DNA of 47,317 nt, taken from Octopus bimaculoides. Taxonomy: Eukaryota. How positions within the stretch are numbered: position 1 is the first letter of the stretch; each line of letters opens with the position of its first letter. Below, piece by piece: positions 12,095 to 23,050 of the stretch. Position numbers and translations under genes: made by a program. The notes beneath the pieces are model-generated. The model was not told where the DNA came from and made no database searches. It saw only the letters and a program-made list of their open reading frames with translations. The stretch covers positions 163,569,392 to 163,616,708 of the forward strand of contig NC_068982.1 in NCBI RefSeq assembly GCF_001194135.2. Reading direction: 5' to 3'.

Positions 12095-12290
12095 GTGACC
12101 ACGTGTGTATCATTGGCGATTGTCTTTCTCCGTCTTCCCTTCTTTGGACTTTTTCTATATTTCTGATAAAGACCTCTGCTTGAAATGTGAAATCCTCTTT
12201 CTTTTCTTTCCTTTCCTGAGCATCCAATAACACTACTTATTCCATGTCCTCGCGTTGTTTTTTCGTGTTTTTTCTTGCTTGTTCATGTTT
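12095..12290 (+). mobile_element. Penelope-like pLTR/tail remnant
   Basis: ctgataaagacctctgcttgaaa is a decayed CTGATGA..GAAA motif, followed by a pyrimidine-rich tail (cctgagcatcc...tcctcgcgttg) that I recall as an octopus repeat. Confidence 0.4.
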
Positions 12291-12614
12291 GTATTGATTA
12301 TATATATATATATATATATATATGAACAAATGCAAATACACACACACACACACACACACACACTAATGTTTGTTTTTATGTCAAGTTTGCTCACCTTCAC
12401 CAGACTGTCTGATGAAGGCAAGCAAGGTGAAACTTTGAAATCAGTGTCAACCTTTTCCATGTAAAAGTTTGTTTGTTTGTTTGTATGTATGTATATATGT
12501 ATGTATGCATGCATGTATGTATGCACACATGTATGCATGCATGTATGTATATAAATGTGTGTGCGTGCATGTGTACACATAAACTTCTACAAGGAAAAGA
12601 TTGACACTCACTTC

Positions 12615-13100
12615 AAAGTGGCTGTGTGATAAAAAGTTTGTTTCTCAACTACATGGTTCTGGGCTTCAGTCCCTCTACGTAGAACTTTGAGCAAGTGTCT
12701 AATACTATAGTCTTGGGCTGACCGAAGCCTTGTGACTGGATTTGGTAGATAGAAACTGAAAGAAGGCGGTGAGCTGGCAGAAACATTAGCACTCCGGGCA
12801 AAATGGTTAGCGGTATTTCGTCTGTCTTTACGTTCTGAGTTCAAATTCCGCCGAGGTTGACTTTGCTTTTCATCCTTTCGGGGTCGATAAATTAAGAACC
12901 AGTTACGCACTGGGGTCGAAGAAATTGACTTAATCCATTTGTCTGTCCTTGTTTGCCCCCTCTATGTTTAGCCCCTTATGGGAAATAAAGAAATAAGAAA
13001 CTGAAAGAAGCCCATGATACACACACATATATATATATACACACACACACGTGTGTGTGTGTGTGTGTGCATGTGTGTGTTACTGTCTCCTTACCTTGAT
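12615..13100 (+). mobile_element. CORE-like SINE (family B) interrupted by a younger SINE
   Basis: gtggctgtgtgataaaaag head, gagcaagtgtctaatactatag segment; resumes after 12996. Confidence 0.8.
12765..12995 (+). mobile_element. Young full-length tRNA-derived SINE (family C) with target-site duplication
   Basis: A-box-like ggtgagctggcagaa, B-box gagttcaaattcc, CpGs retained, gaaataa tail; agaaactgaaagaag is duplicated at 12751-12765 and 12996-13010. Confidence 0.9.
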
Positions 13101-13439
13101 ATTACATGATAAAAGTCATTTTACTATGATATGGTTTTGGCTTCAGTCCTACAATGTGACATCTTGGGTAGGTGTCTAGATGAATCACTTGAAATGTAGC
13201 TTATGATGTCCACATCTTGTTTATGCAGTCCATTTTGGTATAATTATTTTATGGCTGGATGCCCTTCCTTTTGCCAACCACTTTATAGAGTGTACCTGAT
13301 GAATATTTTTAGTGGCACCAACACTAGAATGGTTGTCTCTCTAATCTATGTCAGTTCCTTGACAGATTTGTAGTCATCCTAAATAGGTAGCCTTGTTGAT
13401 GAGGGTTGACCTGCACCTAACCCTTCAGGGCTCTTTATT

Positions 13440-14040
13440 TGTATGTTCTATTAATCTAGGTGAGAGGAGAGTCTTAGTTACTAAATGAAAAGATGAAATG
13501 ATGGTGATCTGAGGTGGCTTGGTATACAGCTGTGTGGGTAGGACTTGAAAAAGTATTGTGGGCAGCTTGAACTGAATTTGTCTCCATTGAGATGCCTTTT
13601 GAGAAGTTCTGAAGAAGTTAAGAAGAAGCTGTTACATGTGTTGAGGTAGGGAGAGAGAAATTTAATAACTGAGGGGCTGAAAGTAGCTGTTTAAGAATAC
13701 TGTGCATAAGGGTTTCTTCTGTTGTGTCAGAAGGGATCTTATGATAGGAGTCTGAGAATGAAAGTTGTATCTGTGATATTATATAGTCTACATGGTAGGC
13801 TTTATAGAAATTGGTGATGGAAATACTGGTGAGAAAAAAAGCATACATTTTTCATTGGTCTTGTAACATTGAACTAAAGATGTTTGTTAAGATTGCTAAG
13901 AAGGAAAGCATATCTTTGTTGACATGCCTGTAACATAAACTAAATGTATTTGCTGATATCACAAAGAAAGAAAGCATATAGTCATCTAAATTCTTTGTTT
14001 CACTTTTAAATGGAATGGTTTTACATTTTGGTGTCAAAAA
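13440..14040 (-). mobile_element. Penelope-like retroelement, RT N-terminal remnant
   Basis: DYIISQIQLSFSDSYHKIPSDTT resembles the PLE consensus DYI..RQLSD...Y.KL..DPT; heavily degenerate. Confidence 0.4.
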
Positions 14041-14325
14041 CTATTAATTTATCTAAGACAACTGAGGACAACATGTAGTGTGTATTTTGTTCTTTTGTTG
14101 TCACCAACCCCATATATATATATATTTTTTTTATATGTGAGGAGTTTGTTAGAATTTTATAAAGGATTCCAATTTATACAAACATTTAAAGCTAAATATT
14201 ATAAGTATTTACCCACAAATACTAATGATACACTATTGGTACCTGATACCCACCCTAATAACTTTTTTACAACAAGACTGATTGTTTCATTGAGTGGAGA
14301 GAATTTAAGCACCTCTACATGAGAG

Positions 14326-14372
<47 letters not shown>

Positions 14373-15299
14373 ATATCACCAACAATGATATATATTATCA
14401 CTGATAGAAGCTAAGTTGTTAACCCTTCATCAGCTACTAAGCAGATACTCTGATGACTTGGACGAGATTGTTTTAGTGAAGGTGTAAACATCCTAGTAGA
14501 AAAAGCAGCATTAGATCTCATGACCTAGTATGGTGGTTTTCTTTTTGATGAAGGTTTTAAGATTTTTCAGTTATTTACGAAGCAGCGGTAGATCTTAACG
14601 TTGATATTTCTTCAAGAGAACTGCCAGAGTCTATAAAAATCAATGGTGTTATAGACGAGAAGTGAAGATAGTATTTATTTATTTATTCTTGGTTTCCGAT
14701 AATCTTCAGTACAACCTGCAAATTGTGCTGACTTGATTAATATAAAACGAAATTGAAAAATTATCTATTCATCTATCAAAATCACATGCACACATAGACA
14801 TACACTCATACACACACACATATATATATATACATTGACCATTAACCATAGACAATCACATACGTATAAAAATAATTGTACACAAACACTTGCTAATAAT
14901 GCTAGTACATACATACACTCAAATAGAAACATACCAACACGTACTCTCTCTCTCTCTCTCTCACAAACACATAGCTGAACACAAATCTTCTAAGATTCAA
15001 ATTCATAGATGAGAAAACAACATATACACATACCTACAAATACACACCCCAATAAACTCACACCAATAAACACACACACCTTTGAGCATATATTGTGAAC
15101 AAATATACACAGAGAAACCCTCAGACTTAAACATACTGACACCCACAAACTCTCTCTCTCTCTCTCTCCCCCACCACACAACAAAAACAACAACAATAAC
15201 AACAATGCTATATAATAGCCAAGACAATAAAGCATGATTCCTCTGCTGTAGTTTTGCCAATTGAGATTTCACTCAGTTTGCTGCCTGCATTTAATTGAA

Positions 15300-15790
15300 T
15301 GATTCTATCAGAGTTGGGTAGATATTTGGAGTGGGCTGGATATTGAGATGGGGAAGATATTACTGTAGTTTAGAATGGATATCGGGGTGGATTGGATGGT
15401 GGGAGTGACTTGGTCACTGAAGTGATTTAAGGATGTGCATGTGGGTGGACTGAACACTCAAGTGGATGGACATTAGAGTGGTTTGAGCATGAGGGATGGA
15501 CAATGAAGTTGGCAAGAAATTGAAATGAGTGAGCAACCATCATATTAAGATTGGGAATAGCCATATAATAAAGAAGATTGGTGCTAGACTATAAACAAGA
15601 GAAATGGTTGAACATTGGGGTTGGTAGAGATGGACAATCACATGGACTAAATTTTGATGAGGACTGGTTATAGAAATGAGTGGTGACTGGACATTGCAGT
15701 GAATGGTTTCTGTCAGGACATAAGAGTGGACTGGACATTACTGTACATTGGGATGGAACATCGGAGATGAAAATTAAGATGGATTATACA
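15300..15790. repeat. Degenerate ~18-bp minisatellite (tggacattggagtggact-like)
   Basis: Recurring tggacatt/gagtgg motifs. Confidence 0.55.
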
Positions 15791-15898
15791 TTCATATCAG
15801 TTTGTTCGTTGGAGCAATATAATAGAACTAGAGATTAATGCAGTATGTTAAGATATTTCTGCTTATATTAGAGATTACTGACACAGACATATAGACAG

Positions 15899-15952
<54 letters not shown>

Positions 15953-16631
15953 TGAGAGAGAGACAGGGGTGTGCAGATTATTTTTATTAACCTTTACAAT
16001 GTGTATTCCCGTTTTAGCATAAATGCACCATGTACCTGTGTGTTGTAAGAGACAACTAAAATGGTTGGCAACAGGAAAGGCATTCTACCATATAATACTG
16101 GCTCAGTAGAAAAAAAACAACAACAAAAAACAAAACTCCTGTCAGCTTGCAAAAAGCGGACCATAAAGTGCAGATGCTACTGATTCTAGTTCTTTTTATC
16201 AGACTGCAAGATATCAATTACTGCATTATATTTTACAATGAAGTGTTTGCAATACAAAGTAATATATAATCTGCTTGACTTTGTCTAAGCACAGATGTGC
16301 ATCTATGGATGAACAGCTTTATCAACCTCCATTAGCCCTCCCCAAGATAAATTAAAAGCTCAGATGGGAAAAAATAAACACAGAAGTAGAAAACGCATCC
16401 AGTGGATTTGAACTCAAGAGGAAGGAGTAGCTAGTACTTCAACTCCTTATCCACTCAATGATTTCATATTCTAACATCTCTGCTAGGAAAAAAAAAACAG
16501 AAAAGAGTTACATTTCAGTTACATTAGAAAAATAACTCCTACTTCCAGACTGACAACAATGATAAATACACAAAATAAAATGCTAGAGTGCAAAGAAAAG
16601 AAAATTAACAAACTATCAACTGGTATTATCA

Positions 16632-16672
<41 letters not shown>

Positions 16673-16987
16673 TCTATTTTTTTTTGTTTTTGTGTTTAAA
16701 TTGCATGGAATTGCAGTTGAGAAAACAATAGGAATATGGTTTTACAATTGTTCCCTAACAGCATAATAGTTTAATATATTGCGATTTTTGCAGTAAGGAC
16801 TCGCATTCGCAATTTACAGATAGCTGTGAAAAATGGTTTGAGATAACACCACCAACAATGGTGACAAAAGCAACTCAACAAAAACAACAGCAATAACAAT
16901 AAGAACAACAACAACAACAGCAGCAGCAGCATTAACAACAAAAGAACGAAATATATTTTCATGATTTAATTAACTTTAGATAGAAGA

Positions 16988-16989
<2 letters not shown>

Positions 16990-17065
<76 letters not shown>
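16990..17065. repeat. (GA)n microsatellite
   Basis: Direct reading. Confidence 0.95.
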
Positions 17066-17068
<3 letters not shown>

Positions 17069-17329
17069 GGGAGAGAGAGTAGACAGGGGAAGAACTAAGA
17101 AGAAAACAAGTAAGAAAAGATTTTTCAAATGAAAGTGGTGGTGATGAATGTGAATAACTAGAAAGCAACAAATAAAAAGAAGCAAAAAGTGTAAACAATG
17201 ATAAACACATGAAAATGGAAATATATTTTAATAGGGAAATATCAAAAGCAAAAAAAAAAAGAAGAAAAAAAGCAAAAAAGAAAAAAAAGAAAAAAAGCAA
17301 ACAAAAACTGGCATTACTTGGGGAATAAT

Positions 17330-17800
17330 TGGAATATGCGAGAGGGGGATGGGGGAGTGGAAGGTGAGTGTGGTGCGATGTGTATCGTTAACTGTAAGGT
17401 GTTGGATTTAGGAGTGAGGTGTGAGGGTGATACAGGGCAGTTATGGAATGGAGGAGACAGTCTGGGTCCAATGGGAGAAATTCATCATGAAGGGAGAAGT
17501 GAAGAATTTATAAAAGGGAGAAAGGAGAGAGAGAGAGAGTGAGATGTAGTGTAGTGAGAGGAGGAGGGGGAGCTTAGAGAGAGTTAATTGGAAAGATTGC
17601 CAGCTCAGCATCTTTAAGACTCGGATGCTGAGTTGTGCTGTAAATGATTTAACAAATTTGAATAGAAGAGGCAGGAAGCTATTCTCTCTCTCTTGCAAAT
17701 TTATGTTGGTAATATTCCTACATCCATATGGCAAAATGTAAATATATTTTCGAAACCTTATGGGGCATTGAAAGATGGTATTAAGTTCTATTAAGTGGAT
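17330..17800 (-). mobile_element. Possible non-LTR retroelement remnant (family not assigned)
   Basis: Purine-skewed block; minus-strand LSPFYKFF-like peptide is weakly similar to LINE ORF2 C-terminal LSLFYRY. Confidence 0.25.
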
Positions 17801-18129
17801 GACATCAGTATATGTTAGTACATTCCAAAAGGATCTGGTTCCAGCCCTTAATCAAACTAAGAAATGCTGCCCAAATACACAAGAAAATTGAATGTAATAC
17901 ATATGTGATGGTAGTTGAATGCCATCCACTTTCTCACTTTACTTCCACTCCCACATATATCACCAGAAACAAGAAGTAAATCCACATGAAGTTAATGAAC
18001 TAAACTATTAATATGGAAATGCTAGAAACAGCAGTGAGTATAAACTATCATATGCATGAACAACTACACTGTTGGAAGGTTTTCCAGCAGCTACCACACA
18101 ACATTGCACTACCTCAAACAAATAAGGAA

Positions 18130-18315
18130 ATCACTACATAAATGGTCCTGCTACCTGCTAGAAATAGGAGTTAAATTTCTCTCAAATTACACTATATTGT
18201 TATTAAAATAGAAAAGGACAGAATCATTGGTAATATGGTCCTACATACTTGTATGGCTGAAATGCCCTTTAACATCAGTCTGTTTGATCATAGCTGGCTC
18301 AGGGCTAAACAACAT
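18130..18315 (+). mobile_element. SINE family D, 3' part
   Basis: ctgctagaaatag..aaattacac...gggctaaacaac; homologous to 42531-42843. Confidence 0.6.
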
Positions 18316-18710
18316 GCCACTCTAAATGTTTATGAACGGGTTATTTGAAAAACTAATTAAGGACATATTGGACATATCTATATCTAACACATTCTCCTAC
18401 CTACAACTGCAAGAAATACAGACACCACATCACAAATATAACAAAAACAACTAATGAAGAGTCCAAAAAACCACTACCCAATCAATAAACATGAAAAACC
18501 AGCCAATGAACAAACACAATCACTTGGCCAAGGAATATAAATACACCATCAAGATTGAGTCGTATCAGGTCTTGCCTAAGGATCACAGTGGCATTAAACT
18601 CAAGTTGTAAGACAAAGTTTTAGTTTCAATTACAAAAAAACTCCATATCCTCTACAATAAGCACTGAACTGAGCACTTCCATTCCATTTGACATAAATCA
18701 ATATATATAT

Positions 18711-18863
18711 CATCATCATCATCATCATTTAACGTCTGCCTTCTATGCTAGCATGGGTGGGATGGTTTCACAAGAGCCAGCCAGGCCGATGCCTGCATAA
18801 GTCTTCAGTAATTGTTTTGGCAGGATTTTTACAGCTGGATGCCCTTCCTGACACCAACCACTC
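18711..18863 (+). mobile_element. SINE family A
   Basis: (cat)n tttaacgtctgcc...gctggatgcccttcctgacaccaaccac. Confidence 0.85.
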
Positions 18864-18873
18864 ATATATGTAT

Positions 18874-18921
<48 letters not shown>

Positions 18922-19010
18922 CAATAATAGTAAGGGTAAAATTAATTAATTAATAATTAATAATTTTACCAAGTAGTTCAGTACGTTAAAATAACCTTTT
19001 TATGTAACGT

Positions 19011-19452
19011 TATACAAATATTCTATAATTATAAATGTAATTATAATCAGGGGTCAGCTAATTGCTTCACCAAGCACTGAATTTAGAAATAGGAGTTAAA
19101 CAGACAGTAACACACTTTTTGGAAATGTTGGTTGAATATCAGTTATGTGATGATGCTTGATCATGTACATATTTAATCCTAACACTCTCAAATTTATATC
19201 TCGAAATGCTGCACAGAAGACGAGAAATAAGTAAGTAAATATAACTTTACTTTAATCTCGAAATGTGTATGTAGTTGTGTGGATTCATTGTTTTTTTCTT
19301 TTTGCCTATGTAAAAAAGTGTGTTACTGTCTGGGAGATCTCTTGTTGTAGCAGAAAAAGCATTTTAACTCCTATTTCTAAATTCGGTGCATGGTGAAGCA
19401 ATTAGCCGGTCCCTGATTATAATTATGTTTATAATTATAGAATACTTGTATA
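19011..19452. mobile_element. Foldback MITE / non-autonomous DNA transposon with ~110-140 bp TIRs, TA-flanked
   Basis: Left arm 19011-19119 matches the reverse complement of 19313-19452, apart from a 30-bp indel; both ends read TA-TACAA(A/G)TATTCTATAATTATAAA. Confidence 0.85.
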
Positions 19453-19482
19453 TGTATGTATATGAGATATGTGGTGCATTGC

Positions 19483-19780
19483 TATACTTAAGAAGACCTG
19501 CCCACCACAACACAATTGAAATCCTAAGACCAGGGTGCCATGTAAAAAGCATTGGTGTGGGTGCTGGTGTCATGTAAGAAGTGCCGATGCAACATAAAAA
19601 GTACCCAGTACACTCTGTAAAGTGGCTGGCATTAGGGAGGACATCCAGCCATAGAACCATAGAAACCAAACTAAAACAGATTATGGAATCTGGTGTGGCC
19701 TCTGGCCTTGCTAGTTCCTGTCAAGTCATCCAACCCATGCCAGCATGGAAAACAGACATTAAATGTTGATGATGACAATG

Positions 19781-19782
<2 letters not shown>
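19483..19782 (-). mobile_element. SINE family A
   Basis: ggcattagggaggacatccagcc...acccatgccagcatggaaaacagacattaaatg is the reverse complement of the family A end. Confidence 0.85.
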
Positions 19783-19819
<37 letters not shown>

Positions 19820-20049
19820 AGAGAGTAAGAGAGAAGTGAGAGAGCATGAGAGAGAGAGAGAGAGAGGGGGGAAGGAGGGAAAGAGAGAAAGGGAGGGAAG
19901 GAGGGAGGGAAAGATAGCGAGAGAGAGAGAGAACACTTTATGGTTGGCAACCCTTCCCATTTGCAACCATTATCTGTTTTCAAGTAAGTTACTTTTTATG
20001 AGAGTCATGTCAACAAGGAATGTAAACCTCACCACTTTGGACAGACAGT

Positions 20050-20163
20050 GCCAAGGAAAGGCTTTTGAAAACTGTCAGGCTATGAAAAAATTTGTGTCAA
20101 TAATCTCTACCTCACCCAAGCAAGCATGGAAAAGTGGACATTAAAAAATGACGTATGATGATG
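20050..20163 (-). mobile_element. SINE family A, partial
   Basis: cccaagcaagcatggaaaagtggacattaaaa...gatgatg. Confidence 0.6.
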
Positions 20164-20400
20164 TATGTGTGTGTGTGTGTGTGTATGTACATGTGTGCAT
20201 GTGCACGCGTGTGCATGCACACACACACACACATATATATATAAGAAAATGAGATGACAACGGAATAAATGATTAACCTATGAACTCCATTAGCTTACAA
20301 CTGTTTCTGCTATAAGATTCAGTGGATTCATAGTTGAGTACCTGAGCAATGCCTTTTAGCTTCATTGAAGCCTCGAAGATGAAGTGCATTATATGCATAT

Positions 20401-20441
<41 letters not shown>

Positions 20442-20871
20442 AAAGAATGCAATTGTTGCCCAAGTGTGTTTATTCTAATCATCATAACTGATCTTGAGTT
20501 ACAATTGATGTGGTTTCAGAACATTTCCTTTGATAAAGATTTGCTGGTACCATTTTTTTAAGCATAAGAAATGGTTGAATAAGAATGAAAACATGAATTA
20601 CATGGATTCCATGTTGAAACAACTGTAAAGAGATTATCTGTTTTCACTTACATGTCTTTTCAATTATGAAAGAGTTGTCAAAGTTAGTTTGTGACACCAG
20701 CAGACACATTGAACAGGAATTAGTTATTATATTAGAAGCCATAATATATGTATGTGTGTGTGTGTATTTATGTATGTACTTTTTGAATCTAACATTTGTT
20801 AAAGGAAAAGAATGAGAGAAACTGATGCAAATAATAACTGGCAACAAAAATAATTCCCTTATATTATTCAG

Positions 20872-20970
20872 ATTTTGAAATACGATTTGAAATCCAATCT
20901 GCAGAGAAAGAACAGTACCTATTGAAAATATCGATGAGCACAATCTTAGTAACAAAAAATAATGGAATAA
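20872..20970 (+). CDS. Candidate 99-nt coding exon, FEIRFEIQSAEKEQYLLKISMSTILVTKNNGI (gene unidentified)
   Basis: ttcccttatattattcag| acceptor, |gtaaat donor, a single open frame, symmetric phase 1-1. Confidence 0.25.
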
Positions 20971-21899
20971 GTAAATAATATAATAAAAATAAAAATAAAA
21001 TAAATTCATTCCTTAGCTTTCTCATTAAATTATTCATACCAGTTTGTCTTCAGATCCTAAGTTGGTAAAGGAACTATTGAGAAAAATAATTATATTTTCC
21101 ACAACCAAGACAGAGAAGTTTTTTTTCTTGGTGTGTGTGTTCTTTTGCAGAACAGAACAGAATATGACTTTTTTTTTTTTTAAAGTAATCTCATCAGAAT
21201 AAAAGACAAGCACATGAAGAGATTCTATGAAATTCAATTAGAATTTCTGGAGTGAGGATTACATTGTATTTGAGGTGGGTGAACAAAAGAGATGACAAAA
21301 GAAAGACAGAAAGAAAGACAGAAAAACTAAAGTTACTATAGGATTTTTTTTAGGTCTACATGACTTGTTTCAAAATGTCATTGTAATTTTCTTGGACTCT
21401 TTATGTTAGTGGGGAAAATTTCTAAATAAGGCTGTTCTTTAGTATTAGAAATAAGACACATATAGATAGAAGAGCAAACATTTATAAGACCCTCCTGAAT
21501 TAGATTTAGTGTTCCTAAAAGATGTGATAGTTGTAACATTTACAATAATTCTGGTAGTATCTGTCAGACTGTTTCATCTTCATCTGTGTGTAAAGTAAGA
21601 TAAATGACCAAATAAGAAATGATAACGTTAACAACACTGAACACTACGATAATTTTTTGCACAATTCAGTGGGTTTGATTTCACTACTGAAACATGATTT
21701 TACACCTGGGGGTTTCCAAAAATATATCTTATAAGTCTTTTAGTAATGGTGCTGTTAAAACAACAGCAATGGTAATGTAATTTTACTGACAAAGTAATAC
21801 AGTCGACAATGCTATTAAATCTAGGTAGGATCTATAGAGAAAGAAAGTTCAAACCTTATAAAGACAAAGTGTGTGTAATATAAAAAGCAGAAGTGAAAT

Positions 21900-22620
21900 G
21901 GATGATTGGCTAAGGTAATATTGGATTATATGCTAAGGTATCGCAAGTTCTATTCCTTTACAGGAATGCTGCTATATCTTGGAACAGAAAACTTGTCTGA
22001 AAGTGACTTAGTTTACCAGAATGTGAAAAATAGGTACCAGGGCAAACTCTAATCATGGCCTTCATAAGCTGAGTCTGATGAAATAAACATGATAAATAAT
22101 TTTTCTTGAACAGTTGCAGGGAAAACATGTATAGGGAGGTAGACATTCTGGGGAGGTAGACATTCTGGAGAGGTAGACATTCTGGGGTGGGATGACTGTG
22201 TGAAGTGGTTAGTGTGGAGCCTAAGAGAAGTGGATTCAATATGAATGATAAGAGGTGGTCAGGAGTTCCTGAGTGAAAGTGACAAGAGACTAACCATTTT
22301 TAAGGAGTAAAGGTCACTGTAGTATTATTGCAGAAAAGGCAGAGAGAGGAGACAGCATAGTTATAAAGAGGTTGGTATGTGTTGGTAAGTAATTTTAAGT
22401 CAATGAATTGAATGACCTTTCTTTGGATATCTGTGTGTTCAGAGGTAACAACACTCAGATGAAGGTGCAGAACATCATTGTAGGTTCCACCCAAGTTTGT
22501 AAAGGGGTAGTTGTTGATGGAGGCTGAAGTATTTCCTGAAGAGTAAGGTCAGTCATTGTTAATCTATCTGAGCTATACAATAAACTATTAATACCATACC
22601 TGAAGAAACATTTATCCCTC
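21900..22620 (-). mobile_element. Penelope-like retroelement, GIY-YIG C-terminal region remnant
   Basis: SEHTDI and SLCLFCNN peptides resemble PLE endonuclease R..EH..DI and SI.GLCLF; frameshifted. Confidence 0.45.
22135..22185. repeat. 17-bp tandem repeat x3 (ggaggtagacattctgg)
   Basis: Three copies, one mismatch. Confidence 0.95.
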
Positions 22621-22647
22621 TCTGATAGACAGAAACTGTGTGGAAGT

Positions 22648-23050
22648 CTGTTGTGTATATACATACAAAGTTCAAAAATTGATTGAGGCTGTTCATCAAT
22701 TTTTTTTCAATTTATGGAGAAATAGATTTGTCCTGTTTGTATATCTACTGTATAGGTTACACATATTATATCATACCTTGATACTGTGTGGACTGAGATC
22801 CCCGTTGACAGGTTCCCTTGATATTAAATAAAATATTAAACACTTATTGCATGCAAGTTAGTTGCTCTAGTTCTCTGAAGCAACTGGGTTTGTTGTGTAT
22901 ATAAACAGATTGGCTACTTGTTTCTCTGGGATTGTTTAAATGATGTAGACAGCTCTGATGAGAACCCAACAGGGTTCTAAAACTGATTAGGGCTGTTCAT
23001 AATTTTTTTGAATCTATGAAGGAATAGTTAAATTTGTATAACTACTGTAT
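22648..23050 (+). repeat. Tandem direct repeat pair (pLTR-like), second copy with a hammerhead-like motif
   Basis: tgttgtgtatata...ggctgttcat...ctactgtataggttaca occurs at ~22648-22760 and ~22891-23057. Confidence 0.7.
22948..22998 (+). ncRNA. Degenerate type I hammerhead-ribozyme-like motif
   Basis: acagct-CTGATGA-gaaccc(aaca)gggttc-TAAAC...ggctgt: stems I and II are intact, GAAA is mutated to TAAA, stem III and the cleavage triplet are decayed. Confidence 0.55.

Noticed and set aside
12408-12434. CTGATGA...GAAAC as a hammerhead
   Set aside because: The intervening sequence (aggcaagcaaggt) cannot form stem II.
12765-12860. tRNA gene
   Set aside because: A/B boxes are present but there is no cloverleaf; it is a SINE head.
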